Source: Eledone cirrhosa (taxonomy: Eukaryota). From it: 64,000 bases of DNA. Shown here in pieces: positions 13,934 through 24,789 of the stretch (positions are counted from its first letter, which is position 1; each line of letters begins with the position of its first letter). Made by a program: the position numbers and the translations under genes. Below the pieces are notes generated by a model. The model worked only from the letters and a program-made list of their open reading frames with translations. It made no database searches and was not told where the DNA came from. The stretch is from contig OZ024740.1 of assembly GCA_964016885.1 (NCBI GenBank), positions 312,232,001 through 312,296,000 on the forward strand, given 5' to 3'.

Positions 13934-14144
13934 GGGAGAAATCAGCTCCGATCTCCAAGGCTGCTACATCGCTAATCAGAGTGAAGGAGTGAAAAGAGAG
14001 AAAGAATGCCATGGCGGTCTCAATATATAGTCCCAATGGAGACGTAACTCCGATTACTTCTTGTAGGTGACACTAGGGGTCACTACCGTCCCAAAGTGAT
14101 GTAACTCTAATGAGTTCTGGGTTCCACCGCTAGGGGTCACTACA
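13934..14144 (-). repeat. Gypsy 5' LTR, truncated
   Basis: Matches the first ~210 bp of the 3' LTR with about 14 differences by eye, then runs directly into gag. Confidence 0.88.
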
Positions 14145-14211
14145 GTTTCCACCTTATCGGCCACAGACATGAAGCAACATCCTTGAGAAGAATAATATAT
14201 TCTAAGAATAG

Positions 14212-14250
<39 letters not shown>

Positions 14251-14479
14251 ATAAGTTCATATTGTTTATTTTCTACACTCACCCTATTCTTCTTGTCATG
14301 TTGTATCTGTAAGATACAGCACAACTTTTACTATATCGTTTTCTGTGATACATGCATTTATGCTAACTTGTAGAAGTTAGTCAGCTAAATAATGTAGGGA
14401 TAATTCATGTAATAAATATTATTACTCGATGTTCAAAGTGAATATTGTTGTTATAAAATAAACGTTGTTAACGACTCAA

Positions 14480-14639
14480 TCATGGCATTATTCTCCAGCA
14501 TAGTTACGTCCCATTACGATCTGAGTTCAAATCCCGCCAAGGTTAACTTTGCCTTTCATCCTTACGAGGTCGATAAAATAAAGTACCAGTAATGCACTGG
14601 TTAATTGCTGGCCTTGTGCCTAAAGTAGAAACAATTATT
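14480..14639 (+). mobile_element. tRNA-derived SINE, family A
   Basis: ctgagttcaaatcccgcc...cctttcatcctt...aagtagaaacaattatt. Confidence 0.88.
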
Positions 14640-15072
14640 CTTTTCTTCAAAACATCCTGCAGGCAGCAGATGCAAAGAGAGGGGAGTAGTATGAAGTAAT
14701 CAAACTACTCTCTCTTCATGTGTTGTGACGGAGTCACAGAAATTTAAATAGAGAAGCCGTGTATTTGTCTAAAAATGACTGATTACGTTGACTGAAGAAG
14801 AAAGGGGTGATGATAAACTACAGAAAGCAGCGTTTATATGCACACACATCGATGAGGAAGGAGGGTGGGGGTGAGAAACTATAGAAGTCCAGCGTTCCAA
14901 GATTCATCACAGCTGTGTGTTTGTACGTTTGTATCACTTGTGTTATTGAGCACAAAGGAACCAACCAACCAGGCAACAAACAAACATCTTTTTTACATTA
15001 TGATAGATATTACAATTAGACGTCATTTTTGACGACATGGGGCCAGCTAATATAAATAATATAAAGTAGTAA

Positions 15073-15420
15073 ATCTCTATATAAATTTTAGCGACTTCCG
15101 TCTGTCACACAATGTGTGTGTGTATTTCTGTGAATGCATGTGTGTGTATAAGGAATGAAGGGGAAGGATAAAAAAAAAACTATAGCAAAATAATGGCTGA
15201 TGTTCCATTTGCTATGTTGTGTGTGAGTGTATGTGTGTGTTTGTGTGAATGTATGTGTATGTGCGTTTGTGTGAATGTATGCGTGTGTTTGTGTGAATGT
15301 ATGTCTATTTGTCTGAATGTATGTCCGTGTGTATTTTTGTGTGCCTGTGTTTGTGTGTTTATATATTCATGCATATAAATGTATGCATATGCACATACAC
15401 ACACGCACACACATATTGAT
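15073..15420 (+). repeat. TG-rich dispersed repeat with a Helitron-like 5' end
   Basis: Begins TCTCTATATAAA...cgtctgtcacac, resembling non-autonomous Helitron 5' termini. The body is inverted relative to 8690-9046. Confidence 0.5.
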
Positions 15421-15448
15421 ATTGATTTCTATATATAAATATATAGGG

Positions 15449-15657
15449 GAGGTAAGAGAGAGTAGTGTGTACTAGATGTATGCTTCAGCCTGTGCACATG
15501 GGAAGGCAGGTCCTCTATATTACTGCATAACGCCAGAGACCACAATCCTGTGTCATTGCCTTTGAGAGGTGTAATATATGCAGTAATATAGAGGACCTGC
15601 CTTACCATGTGCACAGGTAGAAACATACATCTAGTACACACGACTCTCGCTTACCTC
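15449..15657. mobile_element. Palindromic MITE-like element (81-bp arms, ~47-bp spacer)
   Basis: 15449-15529 is the reverse complement of 15577-15657 with about 6 mismatches. Confidence 0.85.
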
Positions 15658-15774
15658 TACATTTCATACAACTCCAATCCCTAACACATCCCCTTGATCC
15701 AATCGTCACTTGATAAGTGCCCCCTTCTAGATCTATCTCTCCAATCCCCATGCACCACCACCTACCCCAACCAA

Positions 15775-15992
15775 ATGGTAAAGTGGTTGTGTTGGTGCCA
15801 CGACAAAATGCACCCAGTCCACACTGTAAATGTGGTTGGCATTAGGAAAGGCATCCAGCCATAGAAACCAACCCCAAATCAGTCCAGTGTGAGCTGGAGA
15901 CGGTCATCTGCTCTGGCTTGGCTCATATCTGGACAACTCATCTAACCCATGCTAGCGTGGAAAAATGGATAGTAACAGTGATGATGATGACA
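15775..15992 (+). mobile_element. RTE-related 3' module, older copy
   Basis: cagtccacactgtaaatgtggttggcattaggaaaggcatccagcc...acccatgctagcgtggaaaaatgga...(GAT)n. Confidence 0.8.
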
Positions 15993-16004
15993 TATATACA
16001 CATA

Positions 16005-16648
16005 TATCAGATGTTGTTTACTCGAGAGAAGACTACGTTGGTACGGTCACGTGATGCGCATGAAAGACGACAGCTGTATAAAAAAGTGCAGGGCAATAAA
16101 AATAGACGGTAGTCACGGAGTAGGCAGACCCAGAAAAACCTGGGACGACTTGATAAATTCCGACCTCACACACTTACACCTCTCCAAGACAATGTCACTG
16201 GACCGAGATCTTTGGCGCTACACAGTAATACAGAAGACCCGCCTTACCTAAGTACAAAGTGAAACCTACTACAGTCAGTAGGCATCTCTAACAAAAATAC
16301 ACCCCCGTCCCACTACCACCACCCATCCACACCACCCCTTTCAATGTAAAGTTATGTTGGTACCACAACATCCAGTCCGAAACAAATGAGGTCGTGTAGG
16401 TGTTATGACAAAAAAAACATACAGTCCACGCTGTAATGTGGCCGTGTAGGCAACACGGTAAAAACCTCCCAGTCCACACTGTAAACGTGGTTGGTGTTAG
16501 GAAGGGCATCCAGCCGTAGAAAACCCGCCAGACAGTCCTATGCGAGTAAGACAACCACTCTTGCCTCAAGTGGGAAAACTCCCGTCCAAACCCATGCAAG
16601 CGTGGAAGATGGACGTTAAACGATGATGATGATGATGATGATGATGAT
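16005..16648 (+). mobile_element. RTE LINE 3' end (same young subfamily as 9-1510)
   Basis: Near-identical to the reverse complement of 9-612. Encodes ...GRPRKTWDDLINSDL..., then the long UTR and (GAT)n. Confidence 0.95.
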
Positions 16649-16649
16649 A

Positions 16650-17524
16650 CAGGGTGCGGACGATATTTGTTCGCAAGATTACTGTCTAGATAAAAATAAC
16701 ACTAGTTTTATTTTTTAAGATATATTTATCAAACTTGGGTCAGTTTGTCTTCATGACTTGTTCTTTCGATCTCACTTGATAAACCCACCATTGGCTTTGA
16801 TGACGGCCTCGGAACCGGCTACAGGCCTTCATCACTGTCCCCCGAATTAGGCCCCTAAAGGCACTTGTGATCCTGGCCTTCAGATCGTCTTTCGTATTGC
16901 AGCTAGATCTGTTGGTGTCTCGTTCCACTGCGCTACACACAAAGAAGTCGAGGGGGTTGCAGTCAGGTGAGCTGGGAGGCCAGATGTCAGGTGAAGTGTG
17001 GTCGACGAAGTTCTCTGACAGCTAGGCTTGGGTCTTTCGGCTGGTATGGCAGGGCGCGGAGTCTTGCTGCCACACGTACGGCCTACCTGCAGCTACCTGG
17101 TCGATCCAGGGCTTTACTACCTTGCTCAGAATGCGGATGTAGCCATCGGTGTCAGCTTGAGGCCCTCAGGGAAGAAGTGAGGTGGCATGACGTCACCTTG
17201 ACTGCTGACGACACCTAAGACCAATGTTGTCGCTGGAAACTTTGTCTGCATGACTCTGGGCACGTCTTTGGATGAGACAGCGAGCCACCTGTTGTTCTGG
17301 GAATTGATCTTCTAGTCTTATTTGTCCTCCCGGCGCGGATTTCAAGAAGAACTCCATGTCTCTTCCACAAATTTGGAGGTTCAAAATTATTCATAATCAA
17401 TTATTCTGAAAATAAATAATGGAAATATAGTCACTGTTTTTATGAAGACAAGAGTGACAACGGAAGTAAAAAAAATTTGCATAAAATTAGCAGTTGAAAA
17501 TTGCGAACAAATATCGTCCACACC

Positions 17525-17527
<3 letters not shown>
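16650..17527 (-). mobile_element. Tc1/mariner DD37D (maT-type) internally deleted transposon
   Basis: 27-bp TIRs CAGGGTGCGGACGATATTTGTTCGCAA / TTGCGAACAAATATCGTCCACACCCTG with TA on both sides. The minus strand encodes WQQDSAPCH...WPPSSPDCNPLDF with 37 residues between the two Asp and one in-frame stop. Confidence 0.93.
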
Positions 17528-17565
<38 letters not shown>

Positions 17566-17569
<4 letters not shown>

Positions 17570-18644
17570 ATAGTAATATACGTGAACGGCAAAGCATAAA
17601 TGAACTAAGGGAGAAATTAGGAATAAGAGGGATCAGATGTTGTTTACTTGAGAGAAGACTACGTTGGTATTGTCACGTGATGCGCATGAAAGACGACAGC
17701 TGTATAAAAAAGTGCAGGGCGATAAAACTAGATGGTAGCCACGGAGTAGGCAGACCCAGAAAAACCTGGGACGACTTGATAAATTCCGACCTCACACACT
17801 TACACCTCTCCAAGACAATGTCACTGGACCAAGATCTTTGGCGCTACACAATAATACAGAAGACTCGCCTTGCCTAAGTACAAAGCGAAACCTACAGTCA
17901 GTAGGTACCTCTAACAAAATACACCCCCGTACCACTACCCCCACCCCATCCACACCACCCCTTTCGATGTAAAGTTATGTTGGTTGGTATCACAACATCC
18001 AGTCCGAAATAAATGAGGTTGTGTAGGTGTCACGACAAAAAAACACACAGTCCACACTGTAATGTGGCCGTGTAGGTAACACGGTAAAAACCTCCCAGTC
18101 CACACTGTAAATGTGGTTGGTGTTAGGAAGGGCATCCAGCCCTAGAAAACCCGCAAGACAGTCCTATACGAGCAAGACAACCAATCTTGCCTAGGCCATC
18201 CAGCCGTAGAAAACCCGCAAGACAGTCCTATACGAGCAAGACAACCAATCTTGCCTAGGCCATCCAGCCCTAGAAAACCCGCCAGACAGTCCTATACGAG
18301 CAAGACAACCAATCTTGCCTAGGCCATCCAGCCCTAGAAAACCCGCAAGACAGTCCTATACGAGCAAGACAACCAATCTTGCCTAGGCCATCCAGCCGTA
18401 GAAAACCCGCAAGACAGTCCTATACGAGCAAGACAACCAATCTTGCCTAGGCCATCCAGCCCTAGAAAACCCGCCAGACAGTCCTATACGAGCAAGACAA
18501 CCAATCTTGCCTAGGCCATCCAGCCCTAGAAAACCCGCAAGACAGTCCTATACGAGCAAGACAACCAATCTTGCTTCAAGTGGGAAAATTCCCGTCCAAA
18601 CCCATGCAAGCGTGGAAGATGGACGTTAAACGATGATGATGATA
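17566..18644 (+). mobile_element. RTE LINE 3' end (young subfamily) with an expanded array in its 3' UTR
   Basis: Near-identical to the copies at 9-675 and 16005-16648. Starts and ends in (TA)n. Confidence 0.95.
18130..18574 (+). repeat. 64-bp tandem array, 7 units
   Basis: Unit ggccatccagccStagaaaacccgcMagacagtcctatacgagcaagacaaccaatcttgccta starts at 18130, 18194, 18258, 18322, 18386, 18450 and 18514. Confidence 0.97.
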
Positions 18645-19514
18645 TATATATATATACATTTATATTTTATGGAAATTGTTCTGATAAACTTTCTTCTTTG
18701 TTGCCTCATCTTCTTAGTTTAAGCCAAGTATCAGATTTGCAGGTAGGTCTCATCCCTTAACAGTTGAATTTCCTAAATGCAACACAAATTCTATTCTGAT
18801 AGTTTCTTCCTTCACAAATCTTGCCTATGGAATTCTTCTCTAATTTCTTGCTTTCCTGACCACTTCAATTTGCAAAAATTGAAAAGCAACAGCAATCATC
18901 ACCTTCTCTCTCCTTGAATTATGTTCTCTTTCTCTTGTCCCTTCCCAGTAACCCTTTGCATTTTAGTAGTTTCCATGCTTTGCTTAGGGTGAGTAAGCTA
19001 AACAAAAATCCATTGTAAGTTAAATTGTAGTCAGTGTTAACTTGATAGTCCAATGAAACAGAACCACTGCCCCAAAAGTTAAACTCACTCTATTTCTACA
19101 TTACAGTGTAAAACTATAAATTTAACACTTTGTACTCTTGTTTCTCATTTGTATTTCATCATTTTCTTGTGTTTTGCTTTGTTTTGCTTTAATCCCCCTT
19201 CCTGTTGATTATTTTGCATCTGTCCTCATTTCTCTCATTCTCTTTCTTTTCCTCTCCCATATAAACATATAGAAAAATATGAATGCACTGTCATAATACA
19301 GATTAAATGGGCATATTTGTACACATATATATACATATACAGATACACAGACTCATATTTATAAACTAATGTTTCTCTTTATATATACTTATCTATACTA
19401 GTGTTTTACAATCTTTTTTTCAATGATGACCCTCACATCAAACCAGAAATCTCCATTTTTTTCATCCTCATCCCAGTGAAGTTTTATTTACAAACATTAG
19501 GTCAGTTTTAATTT

Positions 19515-19706
19515 AATAATTGTTTCTACTTTAGGCACAAGGCCAGCAATTACCCAGTGCATTACTGGTACTTTATTTTATCGACCCCGTAAGGATGAAA
19601 GGCAAAGTCAACCTCGGCGGGATTTGAACTCAGATCGTAAAGGGACGTAACTATGCTGGAAAACATGGAGTCCGACCCTCTACCAATACTGCCAATTCAC
19701 CGCCCT
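19515..19706 (-). mobile_element. tRNA-derived SINE, family A (full length)
   Basis: Head ggcggtgaattggcagtattggtagag, B-box, central block and tail are all present. Confidence 0.92.
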
Positions 19707-21439
19707 TTTAATAATATTCCTTGTCTGTCAGTCTATTATGTATTTGTGCAGTAAATTTGTCAAATCTTGTGATGACTTAATTGTGATTTATGAGTCATTT
19801 TCATTTTTTAGCAGTAAAACTTTAGGAGCCTAGAGGTGATATATAGGGTCTAGTTTACTAGCAACAACAAAGACTGTAAGTCAGATAATTTTCTTACTTG
19901 TACTAGTATTGGCATTCACTTTACTGTGAGAAGGTAGGACATTGTATCTAATTTGAAGGTCCAGTTGACATAAAAAAGAAATAACTGAATAACATTTATT
20001 GGTTTAATATTCAGATATGAGGTTCATAGAAGGAATGCATGCAAGAAGAGAGAAAATTATTGAGATTTCAACAGAGGTAGTGTTTATAGTTAGTTTCATA
20101 CACTAAATAACAGTACCAAAGTTACATTGTAGGTAACTATGCTAACTCCTTCAGTTGAACTTGTACTCTAAACAACTGCCACCAGCTGATGTCTGTCAGT
20201 GACTAATTCCATGCAAGCCTGTGTTCCATCAATAGAGACCATAGATACTTAGACTTATGATTAAAGCAAAGTCTTCAGTGGATCACCATGGCACAGAACT
20301 TGTGGAATCCCTGAAATATCAGTAACATGTCTGTTGCTATAAGTAAACTGTCACTTCTGTTCATGGATTCTTGATGAATCTTTTTAAGTTCTGGAAATGC
20401 TCAGTTTACACACTTCTCAGCTATGATTATCCATTGTATGACAGCAAAGGTCAGGTCTAGCAAGCTTACTGACGTAAAATCCCAATTCCAAAGATTAGGA
20501 TTTACATCCGGTTTCAGCAATTAAGTTAGATTTCAATGAGTGAAGGATGACTTGCTGTATTAACAGATGAAGTATATTAAAGACAATCTCCTGACAGATT
20601 GAACATGATTTTATAATCACTTCAAACACTAAATTCAACAATTTCACAAAGAAAAAAAAATATTTTCATTTTTTTCAAAGCATAAAATGTTTTGAAAAAA
20701 AAAAGGTTTTAGAATGAGGACAACACAGTATACTTTTATTCTCTCTCTCCTTTGCTGGGGTTTCCAAGTAACAGAGCTTATTTTCTGATTCCTATGAGCC
20801 ACCAAAGCAGTCAGATGACTTGCTCACACTATTGATTGCACTAATACATTTAATGTATTTAAAATGTTGAATCACTGCCAGTTTTCTAGAATATTGCCGC
20901 ATATGTCCTACAATGATATATTTTTGTTAAAAGAATGATCTATTAGGGTAGTGTGTTGGCAAAAATAATAGTGATTGAATAACTGCCTTGCAGAATTTAT
21001 TTACATCCCTTTACGATATAGGTACATGTATGGCCATACTGCATGACACCTTAAGCAAGTGCCTTCTTTCATTATATTAGGTCAATCAAAGCCTTGTAGG
21101 TAAGATTGAATGGACAGAAACAAGATGGAAACCCATCTAACAAAGTGAACACGTTCTTGGTTACCAAACTTAATCTTTTGCTCTGTGTAACACTATCAAC
21201 AGTCCCACTAGTGCCTTTAGTAAAGTTCACTTTGTTGCAAGAATTTAGGCCAAATTTTCAGTCTTATGATAATTACCTTCTACTAATCTCAGAGACCCTG
21301 CAAAAGTCTTGGGCACTGCCTTCCCTCTTCTAACAAAGCTATGAAAAAAGCAACATCGAATAGGTGTTTGCTTTTCATCCCATTTGATCTGGGGAAAAAA
21401 GTTTAGTAAAGTTCTCCAAAATTTTATATTCTTGTGCAA

Positions 21440-21623
21440 AAATAATTGTTTCTACTTTTGGCACAAGGCCAGCAATTATCCCAGTATATTACTGGTACTT
21501 TATTTTATCGACCCTGTAAGGATGAAAGGCAAAGTTAACCTCGGCAGGATTTGAACTCAGACCACGTAACTCTTTGCTGCAAAGCATGGCATCAGACCCT
21601 CTACCGATACTGCCAATCCACCA
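21440..21623 (-). mobile_element. tRNA-derived SINE, family A
   Basis: As above. ttgtgcaaa occurs on both flanks (possible TSD). Confidence 0.9.
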
Positions 21624-22274
21624 TTTGTGCAAAAATAATAATCAGTATTTAATTTTGTATTTTTCTATATTGAGTCCTAAATCTTGAAGCTTAGTTTTAA
21701 CCATTTATCCCTCCAGGACCAATAAAATAAATATTAAATATCAATAATGTATTAGAATCAAGTCAATTTAGTTGACTACCCTCATCCTCTGCAAAAATTA
21801 ACTTTGTATTTAATGTATGGCTGTATGTTTAAGAAATTTACTTACCATGTGGTTCTAGGTTCAATCCTATTCTGTGCTACCTTGGGTAAATGTCTTTTAC
21901 TACACTCTCTGATTGACAAATACCTTGCGAGAGGAATTTTAGAAATGAAAAATGTGTAGTTCAATGAATATATCTATATATAAAGTGGCAGCAGTAACTG
22001 GTGTTCATTTTAAGACAAAAAAGTAAGCATGTTAGTATGGGTTACTAGTTACATATTAAATTGAGTGAACATTAAATCAACTTTATGACACATACATTTT
22101 ACTATGAAAGCCAGATTTTCTCTTGTCTGGCCAACAACCTTAGGAAAAGTCTCAGTTTCTCATTTCTTGTATTAAGATCGGTAAAGTTGACCTAAGAATG
22201 CTGGTGTAATCTGGAAGGGTAAATAAAGTAATGTTTCATCAGATTCATGTAATTTATTGTAGGCATATTATCAC

Positions 22275-22600
22275 TGTTAAAGAGTTTGTTTCACAATCAT
22301 AAGGTCTTCGGTTCCATTCTACTGCATAACATTTTAAGCAAGTGTCATTTACCATAACCTCGGGTTGACCCATTGAGTAGACGAATACGGTTTGGAAGCC
22401 CATCAGATGGACTGTACCTGTAATTCAAAGAGTTATCCTTATCACATACTGTGTCATGCTGAATCTCCCCGAGAACTATGCTAATTGTACACGTGTCTGT
22501 AGAATGCTTAGGCACTTGCATTTGAATTTCATGAGCGGGCCATTCTGTTGATTGAACAACTTTAACACTCATTGTCAAAATGGGTGGAGATTCATTCCCT
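22275..22600 (+). mobile_element. tRNA-derived SINE, second family
   Basis: Reverse-complement homologue of 3255-3600. Confidence 0.6.
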
Positions 22601-22619
22601 GTAATTTACTGATATTTAA

Positions 22620-22825
22620 CCCTTTAGCATTTACATTACTCTATATTTACTATTGTATTTTAATGGTAAACACTTTATCTCACATAATTATCACACTTAA
22701 TATCGAATCTATGAAATTTTGAGAACAATACCTGAACATAAGTATGAGCAGCCGGTTACAGCTGGTTTAAACAGAAAGAGGTGAGAGAATTCTGGCCAGA
22801 TATGGCCGGTTTAAATGCTAAAAGG
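22620..22825. mobile_element. piggyBac-type MITE
   Basis: TTAA|CCCTTTAGCATTTA ... TAAATGCTAAAAGG termini. Confidence 0.8.
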
Positions 22826-23824
22826 TAACTGTAAATTACCTGACAAGATTTGATCTCAAAATTTCAGGAATCAGAATATATACTGCAAGGCATTGCTAAA
22901 GCTAAACAATAACAAAAACAAAATAATGTGATTGTTGTTGTAGTTTAACACCAGGTTAGGTGTAATCAAGCAGGCATTTGATCAAAAGTATTCCAGCCTT
23001 CCAGCCTTGATCATCTTTTTTTTTGTTTTGTTTTTCAGGTAATATGTCAAATATAGCCTATCATTTTAAAGATGGTAGGATGTAATTTGAGGCTGTTAGG
23101 TCTAATAGGTTAGATGACCACATCAAAGGCTTCCTCAATTGCTTAGGATTAGATTGTTTCTCTAACAGAGTGATATAAGATGAAAAAAAAAGGAGAAAAA
23201 AAGAGAAAAATAATTAAGTTTCTGTCTAGCCATAACCAATCATTTTTTTTTTTATTATAAGTGTAATGCGATTAAAGTATGCAATATGAACATATCCTGA
23301 GTAAATATGCAGAAAAATCTAGAAATAATGAATTTCAATTTTTTGCTAAATGAGATATTTAATTGGATAATTATTTGTTTAAAAAATTAATTCTCTTTAG
23401 AATTGACAGAGTGCAATGGAAACATTCTATGAATAATGTAAATCTATTTGTTGCTTTCATTGATTTTGAGAGAGAGAGAGAGAGAGAGAGAAAGGCGGGG
23501 GGGGGGGGGGGGATAAATAGATATACAAATTTATTAACTGAAAGTTATTTTGTTTATAATGATTCCATTATTGCAGCATCATGATATGCTTCGGCTGTAA
23601 TTTCCTTTCAAATCTAATATGCACTCTGAAGCAAAAATTAAGCCAGCTAGAAGTAGCCTAAAATTTGTAGTTTTGAATAATATTTATGTCAGAGTAGTAG
23701 GTTGAATATGATAGCATAGTACACCCTGTAACAATAGCTCTCTTACGCAACACAACAAATTTTGTGTTTTCCTAAATTTTTTTTTGATTATTTAGTAATT
23801 GGAAATTTTCAGCCTGATATTTGA

Positions 23825-24757
23825 TAAGGGGTCAGCAACCTCTTGGGGTGTGTGGGCCACATTGCTATGTAATGTCTTGTTGGTGTGCTACATTGCTATG
23901 CAGTGTCTCGTCAGCAAACCATGATATCAAAGTATAATAATTTGCTCGACCTCAGACTGCTCTGTCCAGAAGGCTACTTTAATCCCGGGATTTAAAGAAG
24001 AACAATGAATTTTATGTGATATTACTTTAATGACATTCCTTACTACAAATAAAATACAGGCAGAAATGGTAAATTGTTTAATGAGATACTTGTTTTTGCC
24101 TGTTGTTGGATAGCTTCTCTACATCAGGTAAAATATTTGTCAAGGACAGGAGTAGAACATTGTCAGATGGTTATCACACAGCCTTGTTCTTAAATGATCT
24201 CTGATAAATTTCATTTTTGAAAAAAAGCTGTTCACATATTGTATAGCTGTATACATATTGCCAAATAATGATACTAGCATTTTTGCATTATTCAAGAGGT
24301 TTTTATACTTTCCACTTGGCAAAACATATTTCTTGTAGAAGTCAGTGACTGGGATGAAATTTTTTATTTCAGAAATTCCCCACATTGTAAGTCAATCAAC
24401 TCCAACTGATATCTTTCTTCCACTGTCTCCACATCTGTTTCGTACGAAGACCCAAGTAATTTAAAGTGATGTCTGTACAGGCATATATACACAAATACAT
24501 GCACACACAGTCCCTTTGACGTCAATGTCTGACTATTCTATCTGTCTGAGTTTGATTGTTTGTTATTGCCATGCAAAAAATTACGTTCAGCTAAGTGAGT
24601 CTTGTGGCGAGACATGTTCTCTAGTCGGTATTCTCATCCAAAGTAATTCAGAGCACTTTTTCAGGGATCGCTTAGCCTAAGATTGAAACCTGTTGGTAGG
24701 CCGGACAAAACTTCTTTGTATGCCAGATATGGCCCGTGGGCCAGGGGTTGCATAGTT
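23825..24757 (-). mobile_element. hAT (Charlie/SPIN/Buster-like) transposon remnant
   Basis: The minus strand gives the hAT dimerisation-domain signature SLFG..Y..CEQLFSKMK...RTRLCDNHL (frameshifted). The ends agggGTCAGCAACC and ggcccgtgggccaggGGTTGC resemble Charlie-type termini. Confidence 0.75.
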
Positions 24758-24789
24758 TCAAGTGAGAGAAATAATCTAAAGAAAAAATG

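Larger units (their letters stand above)
9554..14144 (-). mobile_element. Ty3/Gypsy LTR retrotransposon, decayed (gag-PR-RT-RH-IN)
   Basis: Fragmented ORFs in Gypsy order: gag (LWFAQME; CWYH), protease (FLVDTGA; ILGADFL), RT ([18 protein letters not shown]), RNase H (DAS, RELLAI, TDHKPL), integrase (H..HPG..C..C, IHIDIVGP, TTDRG, VERFHR, GPY). Termini TGTAG...CTACA, GTT(T) on both flanks. Many frameshifts and stops. Confidence 0.96.

Noticed and set aside
18130-18574. CRISPR-like array
   Set aside because: The units are contiguous with no unique spacers, there are no cas genes, and the unit derives from a LINE 3' UTR in a eukaryotic genome.
23487-23512. Poly-G runs as functional G-quadruplexes (also ~35988, 37982, 63646)
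   Set aside because: Simple homopolymers attached to microsatellites or SINE variable regions, with no evidence of function.
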